From Candidatus Sysuiplasma jiujiangense (GTDB lineage Archaea; Thermoplasmatota; Thermoplasmata; Sysuiplasmatales; Sysuiplasmataceae), in contig JAHEAD010000016.1 of assembly GCA_019721075.1 (NCBI GenBank), positions 1-45,623 of the forward strand: DNA of 45,623 bases. The letters run 5' to 3'. The translations under genes and the position numbers were made by a program. Below are positions 1-9,359 of the stretch, one piece after another. Each line of letters opens with the position of its first letter. Positions within the stretch are counted from its first letter, which is position 1. Below the pieces are notes generated by a model. It did no database searches. It was not told the origin of the DNA and worked only from the letters and a program-made list of their open reading frames with translations.

Positions 1-218
1 GTGGAGAAAATACAAACCGGTCCTGACGCACACACCCTTACCGTAGATCATCGTCGCGGAAATGTGCACGTCTTCTTGCCTGACGTTTACCTGGATTTAA
101 TACTGGCAGACAGGACCTGACGGCATAGAAGCACTGTTTTTCCGGGGATATTCAATAGGCTGACGGTATGTTGCCATGGTATTCCATTAATATTTTAAGC
201 GAATCCCGACCGGCCCAT

Positions 219-881
219 TCAGCGAATATTTAACACGTTGGCGAGCGGCGGATCGAAAAGCACGGCGCGTGCAGGCGCTGCCTCCCGTCCTTCGAGCTTG
301 ACCGGCATTGCTGAAAGCGTGTATCTGCCCGGTTTCACACCTTTGAGTACCAGACCTTCGATTATGGGTATCCCCTCCCTGAGCAGGGTATGGTGAACCG
401 GAGCCGCAGTGGAGCCGAATTTCTCCACCGACAGATAATCTATCCCGACCACAGGCACCCTCATTTCCACGAGTCTTTCCGCTGTCTCCGCCTCCAGATA
501 GACGAAGTCTCTGGTAAATTTCCTGCCATAGAGAAGCGAATTGGATGTCTTGAAGAGGACTCCGTCGCCGTCCCGTATCGCCTTCCTCCTGAACACGTCA
601 GGGCGGATTGTCCTTCCCCTCGTCTCCACCACCTGAACGTTGCAGAAGAAGTGTCGAGGCGAAACGAGATCGATTGTCGTGCCGCCATCGATGAAATGCA
701 GTGGCGCGTCGATGTGGGTGCCCGTGTGAACGCCCTCATGGATTTCCGTCAGGTTCACGCCGTCCCCTGAGGCGAGGCTCATTGCCCATGTCATGGACAG
801 CGGGGGATTTCCCTCATAGATCGGGATGCGTTCGCTGACAGCAGCGGAAATGTCGATGATCCTTGAGCTGATTTCATTCAT
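219..881 (-). CDS. Cyclase-family metal-dependent hydrolase (kynurenine formamidase-like)
   Basis: HTGTHIDAPLHF signature, GIDYLS and H...IIEGL motifs; start overlaps the stop of the GH15 gene. Confidence 0.9.
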   Translation of the reverse strand: MNEISSRIIDISAAVSERIPIYEGNPPLSMTWAMSLASGDGVNLTEIHEGVHTGTHIDAPLHFIDGGTTIDLVSPRHFFCNVQVVETRGRTIRPDVFRRKAIRDGDGVLFKTSNSLLYGRKFTRDFVYLEAETAERLVEMRVPVVGIDYLSVEKFGSTAAPVHHTLLREGIPIIEGLVLKGVKPGRYTLSAMPVKLEGREAAPARAVLFDPPLANVLNIR

Positions 882-2857
882 TTTATCAATCCCAGTGTTT
901 TCGATTTTTCTATATATCTGTCGACCGCATCAACAAATGCTGCGTGACTCCATGTCAGGGGGGAAACGGAAAGCGGAGAACCGGTGTGCGGATCTATCTG
1001 TTCCGCCATGATACCGCTTGGAGAGGCATGGTCCGCAGCCCACTTGATGAGTCCGAGCGCAATGGAAAGAGATGCGGCATCCTTTGCCACCGCAGTGTAC
1101 CAGTCCGCAAGCCAGAGCGTGCAGATGAACCACGGATTGCCCTGGATGTCGTTGCCGGAAGCGGATCTCTGATAATAATCTCCCTCATATCTTGCAATTC
1201 CTCCGATATTGCCCCTGACCCACAGGCGTTCCTGTATCGCGTGCATGGTTCCGGCAACCATCGGATCATCCGCAGGGAGAACGCCGAAATAGAATATTCC
1301 GGAAAGGCTTGCGTCCACCGCACTGTCCCTGTAGAGCTTTCCGTCCTGCCCCATCAGGAGACCGCGTATGAATCTGTGATCGCTCCTGCTGTAGAGCTGC
1401 TCGATGATTGCAGCCTTCATCCTTTCGGCTGCGGCAGAATATCTCTTGGCTATGTTCATCTCGCCGAAGCTCTCGCTGAATTTTGCAGCCGCCATCAGGC
1501 CGGCATAATTGGCGGAACAGGTAAATGTGAAAACACCCCTCCTTTCCTCCCAGAGATCATAACTGTCCAGCGGAAGACCTGTATCCAGGTCCACGTAGGA
1601 TGAGATGAAATCCGCCGAATTCTTTATCAGCGGCCTGTAAAGCGGTTTTATGAACTCCACATCGCCGCATTTCTCAAAATGATTCCACAGTGCATAGAGC
1701 ACCAGGGAGGTTTCGTCTTCCTGAATCGGCAGGGACGGTTTCCCGTTCAGGACCCAGGGATGCCAGCTGCTTGCAAATGAGCCGTTGGGATTGTACTTCT
1801 GAAGGAAATAGCCTCTGTGACTGATACCCCTCATGCAGAATTCAAAAAAGCGGGAAGCCGGATAGCTGTAGCCTGCATTGTCGAGGGCCAGGCTTACGAG
1901 CGCGCCGTCCCGCGGCCAGACATAGCTGTATGTATCCCTGTTGAATCTCAGCAGATCAGTATCGTTTGCGGCAAGTATGCCGCCGTTCCGGTCCAGATTT
2001 GTGGCAATGGCAAGCAGACTCCTCCTGTACAGCCTCCTCATGTAGTCAGGGAGGCCCTCGAACTGCCTGTGCTGCTTGCTGCACCAGAGTTTCCAGTAGT
2101 TACCGGTTCGCTCTATGAACTTTTCGACGCCGCGGGATCTTACAAGATTCTGGAGCTTGTCAACGCTGTCGTAGTCTGTCCCGGCGAGCATGTAATAATA
2201 CCCCTGCTTTGATGCACCCGCCTTTACCCTGAAAATAACGCCCAAAACGGAGTCGACTGAGCCCTGTGAGATGGTGTTTCCCGAAAGTATGCCGTCCTCT
2301 GCATCACGCCAGGTCCCCTCCTTGCCGGCCATTTCCTTCTGCCCGCACGCGAACATGTCGATACCGCCGTTTCCTTCAGCACCTGCGTCCATGAGGAAAT
2401 AGCGCTGGTCCTTGTAATGTATTATAACGTTCAGCTGAGGATCGAAATATGCCGTGTCGCCGATATCGTTTCCGTACAGATGAAAATCGTGATGGAAAAA
2501 CAGGCGGATTTCGGCATCTGTATCCGCCGTCCTCCTGACGTCGATCTTTCTCACCATCGCATCTATTACAAAATCAACGGCATCGTTGAAACGTATCTCA
2601 ACACCAAGCCCCGGATTGCTGAGCAGCACGTCGGTCACCAGCTCGTCCTCGACGTACTGGAGGCTCTTGTTCCATCCGGGACCGTCGATCCAGCTGAACG
2701 ATCCGTTGACCCAGACACCTATTCTGAATTTGTGCCCCACGCTGTGATTCTCATCGCCTATGAACGGGAAGTATATGTCCCGTATCAGATAATCACGATC
2801 AAACGCAATGAGCAGCTTCTCGTTTCCAATCGGTACATCCCTTGGCAGGCAGATCAC
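878..2857 (-). CDS. Glycoside hydrolase family 15 (glucoamylase/trehalase-like)
   Basis: YSYVWPRDG, QEDET, DLWEER, MAEQI and PLTWSHA motifs typical of GH15. Confidence 0.92.
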   Translation of the reverse strand: MICLPRDVPIGNEKLLIAFDRDYLIRDIYFPFIGDENHSVGHKFRIGVWVNGSFSWIDGPGWNKSLQYVEDELVTDVLLSNPGLGVEIRFNDAVDFVIDAMVRKIDVRRTADTDAEIRLFFHHDFHLYGNDIGDTAYFDPQLNVIIHYKDQRYFLMDAGAEGNGGIDMFACGQKEMAGKEGTWRDAEDGILSGNTISQGSVDSVLGVIFRVKAGASKQGYYYMLAGTDYDSVDKLQNLVRSRGVEKFIERTGNYWKLWCSKQHRQFEGLPDYMRRLYRRSLLAIATNLDRNGGILAANDTDLLRFNRDTYSYVWPRDGALVSLALDNAGYSYPASRFFEFCMRGISHRGYFLQKYNPNGSFASSWHPWVLNGKPSLPIQEDETSLVLYALWNHFEKCGDVEFIKPLYRPLIKNSADFISSYVDLDTGLPLDSYDLWEERRGVFTFTCSANYAGLMAAAKFSESFGEMNIAKRYSAAAERMKAAIIEQLYSRSDHRFIRGLLMGQDGKLYRDSAVDASLSGIFYFGVLPADDPMVAGTMHAIQERLWVRGNIGGIARYEGDYYQRSASGNDIQGNPWFICTLWLADWYTAVAKDAASLSIALGLIKWAADHASPSGIMAEQIDPHTGSPLSVSPLTWSHAAFVDAVDRYIEKSKTLGLIK

Positions 2858-3945
2858 TCTCCCTTCCAGTCTATTGCCACCTTGATAACTTCCCTGTCCC
2901 TTATCGAATATGCTTTCGAATAATCGGCAGGCGAAAACCTGTGTGAAAGTATCTTGTCCAGTATTCCGGGAAAACGCCTGTTGATTTCCACCATATCAAG
3001 AAGAGCTGTCCTGAAATAACTTATGTTTGCATTGACAATGCCGACAACAATGGCATTGTTGAGCACAATGGAGCGCATTATCTGGACAGCGGGCATCTGA
3101 TAGTTCTGAGCTCCGCCGGGAATACCGGTAAGTGCCATAATCCCGTTCGGAGCGAGACCTGGAACGCTGTCGAGTCCGACTATAGCATCGCCCGTCGCCT
3201 CGATTATGAAATCGAACTTGCCGACGGATTTGGCAAGGTCTGCTATCGCGCCGGCACCCGAATTGAAATGCCGGACACCCGCGGAAATGAGCAGCTGTGC
3301 CCTTAATGTCGTGTCGTCATGCCTGTCTGCTGCCCATACCTCGAACCCCCTTATTCTCAGGGCGAGTGCGGCAAGCAGACCGACTGGGCCCGTTCCGAGA
3401 ACAAGCGCCTTTCTGCAGGAAAAATCGCCTCCGCAGTCCCATTTGACTCTCTGCTGCAGGTTGAGTGACTGGATAATGGCCTTCTCCCCGATTGTCATCG
3501 GTTCGGTGAGCACCGCCGCGTCTCCTATCCCTGAGGGTACGGATGCAAGGTATTCCGGCACTTCGGCAACGAGTTCACAGTTGTATCCGTTGAGACCTTT
3601 TATTCCCCTCTCCTTGTATTTTCCGGTAAAACACATGTCCGACTGACCATGCAGACAGCTCCAGCACTCTCCGCATCCTCTTCTGACAGTCGGTATTACC
3701 ATGTCACCCTTTCTGAAAGCGCTGTTGCCCGGCTCGACGACCCTGCACAGAGCTTCATGGCCGATTATCAGCATGTTCTGCCCCGGCGGCGCCTCGCCAT
3801 AGAAGGCTGAAATGATCTCCCTGTCGGTTCCGCAAATGCCCACAAGCTCAGGCGCAAGCAGCAGTTCACTTCCGGACGCGCCAGGCTCAGGAGCTTCGGT
3901 CAGAAAAACGCCCGGAGTTCCGGGTTTCACGGCAATGGCTTTCAT
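2854..3945 (-). CDS. gdh: Zinc-dependent glucose 1-dehydrogenase (MDR family)
   Basis: Start reassigned to MKAIAVKPG (ATG at 3945); CGTD, GHE, CGECWSC..C zinc motifs, VRR, LTEP, GTGPVG nucleotide-binding motif. Confidence 0.88.
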   Translation of the reverse strand: MKAIAVKPGTPGVFLTEAPEPGASGSELLLAPELVGICGTDREIISAFYGEAPPGQNMLIIGHEALCRVVEPGNSAFRKGDMVIPTVRRGCGECWSCLHGQSDMCFTGKYKERGIKGLNGYNCELVAEVPEYLASVPSGIGDAAVLTEPMTIGEKAIIQSLNLQQRVKWDCGGDFSCRKALVLGTGPVGLLAALALRIRGFEVWAADRHDDTTLRAQLLISAGVRHFNSGAGAIADLAKSVGKFDFIIEATGDAIVGLDSVPGLAPNGIMALTGIPGGAQNYQMPAVQIMRSIVLNNAIVVGIVNANISYFRTALLDMVEINRRFPGILDKILSHRFSPADYSKAYSIRDREVIKVAIDWKGE

Positions 3946-3973
3946 AATTATGAGCTTGAACACCACTGAATTA

Positions 3974-4375
3974 TTAAATGCTCGTGTTTTTGAAAACGTA
4001 GCGATTGAGTATGGCATCGAGCGCTGCGTGCGTCTCGGCCGGATTCTCCGCAGATTTGAGTATATCCGTCCCGCAGACGTGAATCGCGAGCGAAGTGTTC
4101 TCGTTGAACAGGGAAAACGACTGGAAATGGATACTGGCCCTCTTCGACTCAATGTCCATCAGTTTATCTCCCAATTCCACGATTTTATGTTCAAGTTCTT
4201 TCAGTTCAATTTCAGCTGATTCATTTGTCCTCCGAAGGTTGTGGATGGCTCTGCTCATCTCTGAGGCGCCCGGCAGCAGTTCGGTTCCCTTCCTTTCGCC
4301 GGTAAACTGAAGGAGGATGGAGATTGCAACCCGCTCAGCGTATTTTTGACTGACGCACCGAATTGCCATCACCAC
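3974..4375 (-). CDS. Hypothetical protein with coiled-coil segment
   Basis: 133-aa ORF, GGTGG/GGTGA SD near start (true start may be ATG 4369), heptad-like IELKELEHKIVELGDKLMDIE. Confidence 0.65.
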   Translation of the reverse strand: MVMAIRCVSQKYAERVAISILLQFTGERKGTELLPGASEMSRAIHNLRRTNESAEIELKELEHKIVELGDKLMDIESKRASIHFQSFSLFNENTSLAIHVCGTDILKSAENPAETHAALDAILNRYVFKNTSI

Positions 4376-4718
4376 CGTCTACCAGAGAGATAAGAAATCT
4401 GTTGTCCTGGAGATATGTTCCGTAATTGTTCAACTCTTTTTTGAAATTCACCTCTGCCGATTCGAGTCTGGAGGTTATTGATGACAGCCTGTTCACCGAA
4501 TCTGAAAGCTTCGCCTCAATTCTGATGTGCTCCAGTTTAGCGCGTGCAAGCTGTATTGCAGCATCGAGAGCTTCAGGCTCGATTCTGCGCATTGCGTCCG
4601 TGGATAAAATGTTCAACCTCTCTGCATCGATGCCGGTTTCATGCAATATGGAGATGCTCAGGTCACGCATACGGCTGTCTCTGAGCCGCGCGAGAATCTT
4701 TTCAATGCTATGCATCAT
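4335..4718 (-). CDS. Hypothetical helical/coiled-coil protein
   Basis: 127-aa ORF with TTTATAAA box about 20-25 nt upstream (4736-4743), consistent with a leaderless start. Confidence 0.65.
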   Translation of the reverse strand: MMHSIEKILARLRDSRMRDLSISILHETGIDAERLNILSTDAMRRIEPEALDAAIQLARAKLEHIRIEAKLSDSVNRLSSITSRLESAEVNFKKELNNYGTYLQDNRFLISLVDGGDGNSVRQSKIR

Positions 4719-4787
4719 ACTTGATCCGTGCCTGTTTTATAAATACAATTGCAGCCTGGTTTACGGTTGCAGGCACGGTATGAACAG

Positions 4788-5639
4788 TCAGCTGAAGAGA
4801 CCGGCAAGGACAGCCATATCCGCGTTGCTGAATAGATTCCTGCCAAGTTCGGCATTCTGGAAGACATGTTCCGGGTTTGAAGCCCTCGGTATTGGAAATA
4901 CATTTTCGCCCTTTGATATCAGGTAGTTGAGACCGACCTGCGCGATGGTCGCAAGACCGTATTTCTTTCTGATTGATTCGAGTGAGGAATGCGTCTCCCC
5001 GCCAGCCGGTTTTGCCAGTTTTCCGTGGGCGACTGGAAAATAGGCCATCAGCGCTATGCCGTTTTCAGTGCAGTGAGGAAGTATTTCATTCTCGACGTCC
5101 CTGTGCATCATGTTGTAGTGCATCTGGGTTGAAGCGAGCTGGTATTTTTTGAGTGCGCTCTCCGCTTCCCTCATTTTATCCAGCGAAAAATTGCTTATGC
5201 CGATGTATCTGATTTTCCCCTCGTCAACGAGTTTCTCCATCGCGCCCATTGTTTCAGAAAGCGGAATGCTCTGCCTGGGAAAGTGAATCTGGTAAAGGTC
5301 GATATAGTCCAGTTCGAGTCTCCTGAGACTCCTCTCGCAGGATCTGATTACCTTCCCGAACTTCAGATGTGTCGGGAAAACCTTGGTTGCAATGAAAAGT
5401 TTCTCCCGATCATAGCCTTTTACAGCCTCGGCCACAAGGGCTTCGCTTTTATAGAATTCTGCAGTATCAATAAGGTTTATCCCTGCATCGATGCCCGTGC
5501 GCAGGGCCCTGATAATCTCTGTTCGGCGCAACCTGAAGCCAAAAAGAGACGCAACTGTTATCCATCTGAAATCATAGTAAGTTCCCATTCCGACCGTTGA
5601 AACCTTTACGCCCGTTCTGCCAAAATACCTGTAAAGCAC
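4788..5639 (-). CDS. Aldo/keto reductase
   Basis: YRYFGRTG..VS.VGMGT N-terminus, DTAEFY, IATK, DLYQIH, GISNF, IPRAS; start placed at GTG 5639 (ORF is open to 5657). Confidence 0.9.
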   Translation of the reverse strand: MLYRYFGRTGVKVSTVGMGTYYDFRWITVASLFGFRLRRTEIIRALRTGIDAGINLIDTAEFYKSEALVAEAVKGYDREKLFIATKVFPTHLKFGKVIRSCERSLRRLELDYIDLYQIHFPRQSIPLSETMGAMEKLVDEGKIRYIGISNFSLDKMREAESALKKYQLASTQMHYNMMHRDVENEILPHCTENGIALMAYFPVAHGKLAKPAGGETHSSLESIRKKYGLATIAQVGLNYLISKGENVFPIPRASNPEHVFQNAELGRNLFSNADMAVLAGLFS

Positions 5640-5741
5640 AGGCACGGAAACAGGCAAAAGCGGATAAATAGATAGCTGTACGGAGAGCGCCTGGAGAAAG
5701 CATTCGCCTGAAGGATATAAATGCCCTGAACTGAAGTGAAT

Positions 5742-5843
5742 TTATTGCCTTCCGGATACGTAGTACACTGCCCAGGCAAACCACATGTTGAAGACTACGG
5801 CCCCAAGAATAACGACCGCTATTATTGCAATACCTGTGTCCAT
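5742..5843 (-). CDS. 33-aa single-pass membrane microprotein (not in the ORF track)
   Basis: MDTGIAIIAVVILGAVVFNMWFAWAVYYVSGRQ*; G-rich SD (GGGGGGT) upstream and TTTAAG box at about 5892-5897. Confidence 0.6.
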   Translation of the reverse strand: MDTGIAIIAVVILGAVVFNMWFAWAVYYVSGRQ

Positions 5844-6080
5844 CCGACCCCCCGCTATCAATATTGACAATAATGCCATAACCCGATCCTGCTTAAATAA
5901 CTACCCGTTAACCGCCGGGAACATCGCACAATGCCAGCCTGCGCAGGATTGAAGGCGCTGTCTCTGTCTCCCGGACGCCCTGACTGTATATATACGGACA
6001 GCAGCGTCGCCGGCACCGCCTTCCCGCTCTAGGGTATTCGGCGTGCTGTCTGCTGTCCGGCAAAGACCGTTGCGTGGAGT

Positions 6081-8978
6081 TTATGTCTTCTGCAATCCAA
6101 AGAAGACGACGTTCTCGAGGGTATCGCCAGGACTCAATGACCATGCAAGGGAGCTTGTGACTATCCACGATCTGTAATACAGTACGCCGAGAGGCTGGAT
6201 GTTTCCGACCATCAGGTAAAGACTCGAGAATTCCAGGTCCGCCATCCAGTAGTAATAATCCCGAACTGAGGCGTTGAGTTCATTCAGGGCGAGATAGCTG
6301 TAATTCCAGACAGAGTGCAGAATGGACCACTGGTGCGGATTCGTTGACGAATTGAAACCGGTTCCCGGATAGACACCGAAGGGATACATGTCCAGCGCAA
6401 AAGGCGAAGCGAAAGTTGCAGCATAATCAGATGCGTCGGGATAATCTGCGTACCACGCATCCCATGCGATAGGAAGTATGTCGGTCCCGGAAGCAACAGA
6501 TTCATATGTGAACAGGCTTGAAGAAGGCAGATCTTCGAGATATGGCTTGACGGTGCCGTTTGTTGCCTGCTCAATGGCAGGTATCCAGTAGCTCTCGATT
6601 ATCTGATCCTCTACAGACTGCCCGGAAAGATCGAAGATGGGGAATGTCACGTTTCCTTTCCCCTGCGTCCTGTAGGGCGTGTTGTTCCAGTAGTGCTCGG
6701 CGAGCGTCATATTGTAATAGGGAACATACGGATCCGCTGAAACATTGGTTATATTGGATGGATACTCCGAAACACCTCTGGGAATGAAGCCGGTAAGATT
6801 TTCCGCGAAACTGATGCCGTAGGAAGTGTATTCCGAGATGAGCTGCGCCTGATTATATGCATAGGTGAATGCCTTCCTGACGCTCAGATTTCCGAAGAAG
6901 ACGGAAACCGTTCCGATGCCGGGGACGCTGTATTCACTGGAGGCAGGGAAGCTTGCAGTGTAACCTGCTGCTGTCAGCCCGGTCACGTTTATCTGCAGAT
7001 TGTAATTGTAGAAGTTGGTTGCGACCTGCGGCTCGCTGATTGATTTCACAAGTCCTTTCTGTATCAGGTTCACCACTGTTCCGGTGGATGTCGAGGGGAA
7101 GGCACCCTCAGCAAAGTCTGCGGCACCGTTGATGAACTGGAGCTGGGCAACCGACTCCGAGGAGTAGTAGTAGATGGTGACAGAAGGTGGAATCTGCGAA
7201 GCAGGCGGGTAGCCGGGGGTCGATGTATAATACGGGTTGGGTACGAACTGGATGAGCTGACCGGGATTGACCAGTGACACCATGTATGGTCCGGTGCCCA
7301 TTGCGCCGAACTGAATCGCCTGATTCCACTGTGGCGGATTGCCGAACGCCTGGTAGTTGTAATAGTCCTGAGTGGTATTGCCCGGTATGCCTGCACCATG
7401 CTGTGCGGCCCACGAGGCATCCATTATGCTTGCCTCCGTCCCCGTGAGCAGCTGGAGGAAATAAACCGAAGCCCCATAGGAGGTGTAGGTTGTTGCCGCA
7501 TAGCCCTCAGAAAAGGCAGTTGAGGAGGATGTATTGACGCCCGTAAGGAAGTACGCGGCGTTTGTCCCGTTCACAGGAGAAATTCCATAGAGCGAACCGT
7601 TGGTCGTTGGCAGCAGGTGAAATTCGATGGAGGTCGAATTATATGTTATTGCCTTGTCTATCCAGAACGGTGTCAGATTGTACGGGCCGTAAACACTGGC
7701 TCCGGGTATCAGGGCATGTGCCAGGAGCCAGCCGGGATCTCCCGGGTCGTTGGTAAAGAGCAGTGTCCTCATAAATGAGAACCATACATCGTACACCGTA
7801 AGCGGGTTTCCATCTGAAAATTTTATATTCTGCCTGATGTTGAACGTGTAGTTGACATAACTCAGGCCGCTCCTGTTCTGAATGCTGAGCAGCCCATTGG
7901 AAACAGACGGAACCTGTGCTGCAAGAACAGGTATGAAGGAGGCCGGGTTGTTACCCGGAGCAAACTGGACAAGGTTCTGGTATATCTCGAAAACAACCTC
8001 TCCGCTTATTGTATCATATGCAAGGGCAGGATCCATGGTCCTGAATCCTCCCGGTATGTATGCCGCATCCACTATGCCCTTTCTGCTGGAAGTTGCAAGA
8101 GGAGGTATCGCGAATTTTCCAACCGCGACAGTCTGGATATAGGACCATGTCAGGGAGGAGGTAGAACTGTTGGTTGTCGCGTTCATGAGCACATACGTAA
8201 TGCCTGCAGTTTTGTAGGTTACATTAAGGTAATCGGTGCCTATGGAGACATCCGATGAATTCCAGGAGAAACTGTGTCCCGCAGATGAAAAGGAAATGCC
8301 CTGCAGATTCCATCCCGAAGCTGTGGGATAATTGCCGAAGCTGGCGGGCAGAAGCGATGTAACATTTACAAATCCGCCGACACCTATAATCGAAGGCTCA
8401 CCGGACGATACACTCGTATTTGACGCGGAACTTGCAGAGACCGCTATAGATGCGGGATAAAGCTGACTGATGTCTGAGGCGGAGGTGAGAGGGGAGACAA
8501 CTACCGGCAGAAGGCTCGCGGCATTATCTGCGCTTGTTCCGCTGGTTCCATTAACCCGAACGTAGACAAGGTAGTTACCCGGATACGGATAAATGTACTG
8601 TACGGTGCTGCCGCTTCCGCCTGTGAATTTTTCCGATATACCATTACCGAAATTCCACACAGTGGAAGTTATTTTCACACCTGAAACCTTGGCACCAAGA
8701 TAGAAAGTGACAGCAGTTCCCTGAGTGACGATTGAAAAGCTGCTTGAAGGCGTAATAGAAAGCGATGTTTTTTTGTGGTTTACAAGGACTATGTAGGCCG
8801 ACACACCGGCAACCAGCAGTATGACCACTACTGCAACCGCAATCAGCGCTCCCTTTCTTCCCTTATTCAATCTGGGATTCAATGCGGAAGCTGACGGGCT
8901 TTCTCCCCCTGGCACAGGTTTTCCGGCGGCTGCCATCAAAAAAACAGATGCCAGCCGATAACGCGTGCGATTCATCAT
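6081..8978 (-). CDS. ABC transporter substrate-binding protein (family 5, peptide/nickel type) with N-terminal membrane anchor and PKD domain
   Basis: TM helix ALIAVAVVVILLVAGV; PKD-like WNFGNG..Y.YPGNY.V; MDPALAYD, IYQNLV, FSDGNPLT..DV..S, GTGPY, VRKAF, W.ADYPD. Start uncertain (8978 or 8936). Confidence 0.88.
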   Translation of the reverse strand: MMNRTRYRLASVFLMAAAGKPVPGGESPSASALNPRLNKGRKGALIAVAVVVILLVAGVSAYIVLVNHKKTSLSITPSSSFSIVTQGTAVTFYLGAKVSGVKITSTVWNFGNGISEKFTGGSGSTVQYIYPYPGNYLVYVRVNGTSGTSADNAASLLPVVVSPLTSASDISQLYPASIAVSASSASNTSVSSGEPSIIGVGGFVNVTSLLPASFGNYPTASGWNLQGISFSSAGHSFSWNSSDVSIGTDYLNVTYKTAGITYVLMNATTNSSTSSLTWSYIQTVAVGKFAIPPLATSSRKGIVDAAYIPGGFRTMDPALAYDTISGEVVFEIYQNLVQFAPGNNPASFIPVLAAQVPSVSNGLLSIQNRSGLSYVNYTFNIRQNIKFSDGNPLTVYDVWFSFMRTLLFTNDPGDPGWLLAHALIPGASVYGPYNLTPFWIDKAITYNSTSIEFHLLPTTNGSLYGISPVNGTNAAYFLTGVNTSSSTAFSEGYAATTYTSYGASVYFLQLLTGTEASIMDASWAAQHGAGIPGNTTQDYYNYQAFGNPPQWNQAIQFGAMGTGPYMVSLVNPGQLIQFVPNPYYTSTPGYPPASQIPPSVTIYYYSSESVAQLQFINGAADFAEGAFPSTSTGTVVNLIQKGLVKSISEPQVATNFYNYNLQINVTGLTAAGYTASFPASSEYSVPGIGTVSVFFGNLSVRKAFTYAYNQAQLISEYTSYGISFAENLTGFIPRGVSEYPSNITNVSADPYVPYYNMTLAEHYWNNTPYRTQGKGNVTFPIFDLSGQSVEDQIIESYWIPAIEQATNGTVKPYLEDLPSSSLFTYESVASGTDILPIAWDAWYADYPDASDYAATFASPFALDMYPFGVYPGTGFNSSTNPHQWSILHSVWNYSYLALNELNASVRDYYYWMADLEFSSLYLMVGNIQPLGVLYYRSWIVTSSLAWSLSPGDTLENVVFFGLQKT

Positions 8979-9211
8979 TTGGAACAAACCTGGATGTGTC
9001 TTACCATATTTAAAAGCTATGCTAATTATTGTCTGGGAGACGCTCAACAGCAGTTTCATGGCAGTCCATAGCACTCGACCCAGAACTTCGCGAATTTCAG
9101 TGATTGCACGCCTTCAGCCACGGGCCGACACGTCACGGACTAACGATGTATGGTTCCGTCAAACGTCGTATTAATTTAAATTTCAGGACCCTGCTAATTC
9201 GTCACAAGGTA

Positions 9212-9217
9212 TTTATA
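9212..9217 (+). promoter_or_regulatory. Archaeal TATA box of the ilv operon
   Basis: TTTATA ending 25 nt before the ATG at 9242. Confidence 0.6.
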
Positions 9218-9241
9218 CAAAGCGTTCTCTGCGACGGAAAG

Positions 9242-9316
9242 ATGAAAGTCAGAAGTGCCGCGTGTGAAACAGCTGTCCCTATTTCTGCAGCATTGTTGCA
9301 CTTCATTATTGCCTGA
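9242..9316 (+). CDS. Putative ilv leader peptide (24 aa)
   Basis: MKVRSAACETAVPISAALLHFIIA*; ATG at leaderless distance from the TATA box; Leu-Leu and Ile-Ile codons just before the stop. Confidence 0.55.
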   Translation: MKVRSAACETAVPISAALLHFIIA

Positions 9317-9348
9317 ACCTGAACCTTCTGCCGGTTTAGCGTTTCAGG
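9312..9348 (+). promoter_or_regulatory. Hairpin linking the leader stop codon with the ilvB ribosome-binding site
   Basis: CCTGAA(9312-9317)/TTCAGG(9343-9348) and CTGAACC(9319-9325)/GGTTTAG(9333-9339) pair; 3' arm overlaps AGGGAG (9346-9351). Confidence 0.5.
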
Positions 9349-9359
9349 GAGTTGGTAGT

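Noticed and set aside
97..177. 26-aa minus-strand ORF MATYRQPIEYPRKNSASMPSGPVCQY after an AT-rich element
   Set aside because: No recognisable motif, and context is cut by the window edge
3946..4152. 69-aa N-terminal extension of gdh in the ORF track
   Set aside because: It overlaps the upstream gene; the family-typical start is MKAI at 3945
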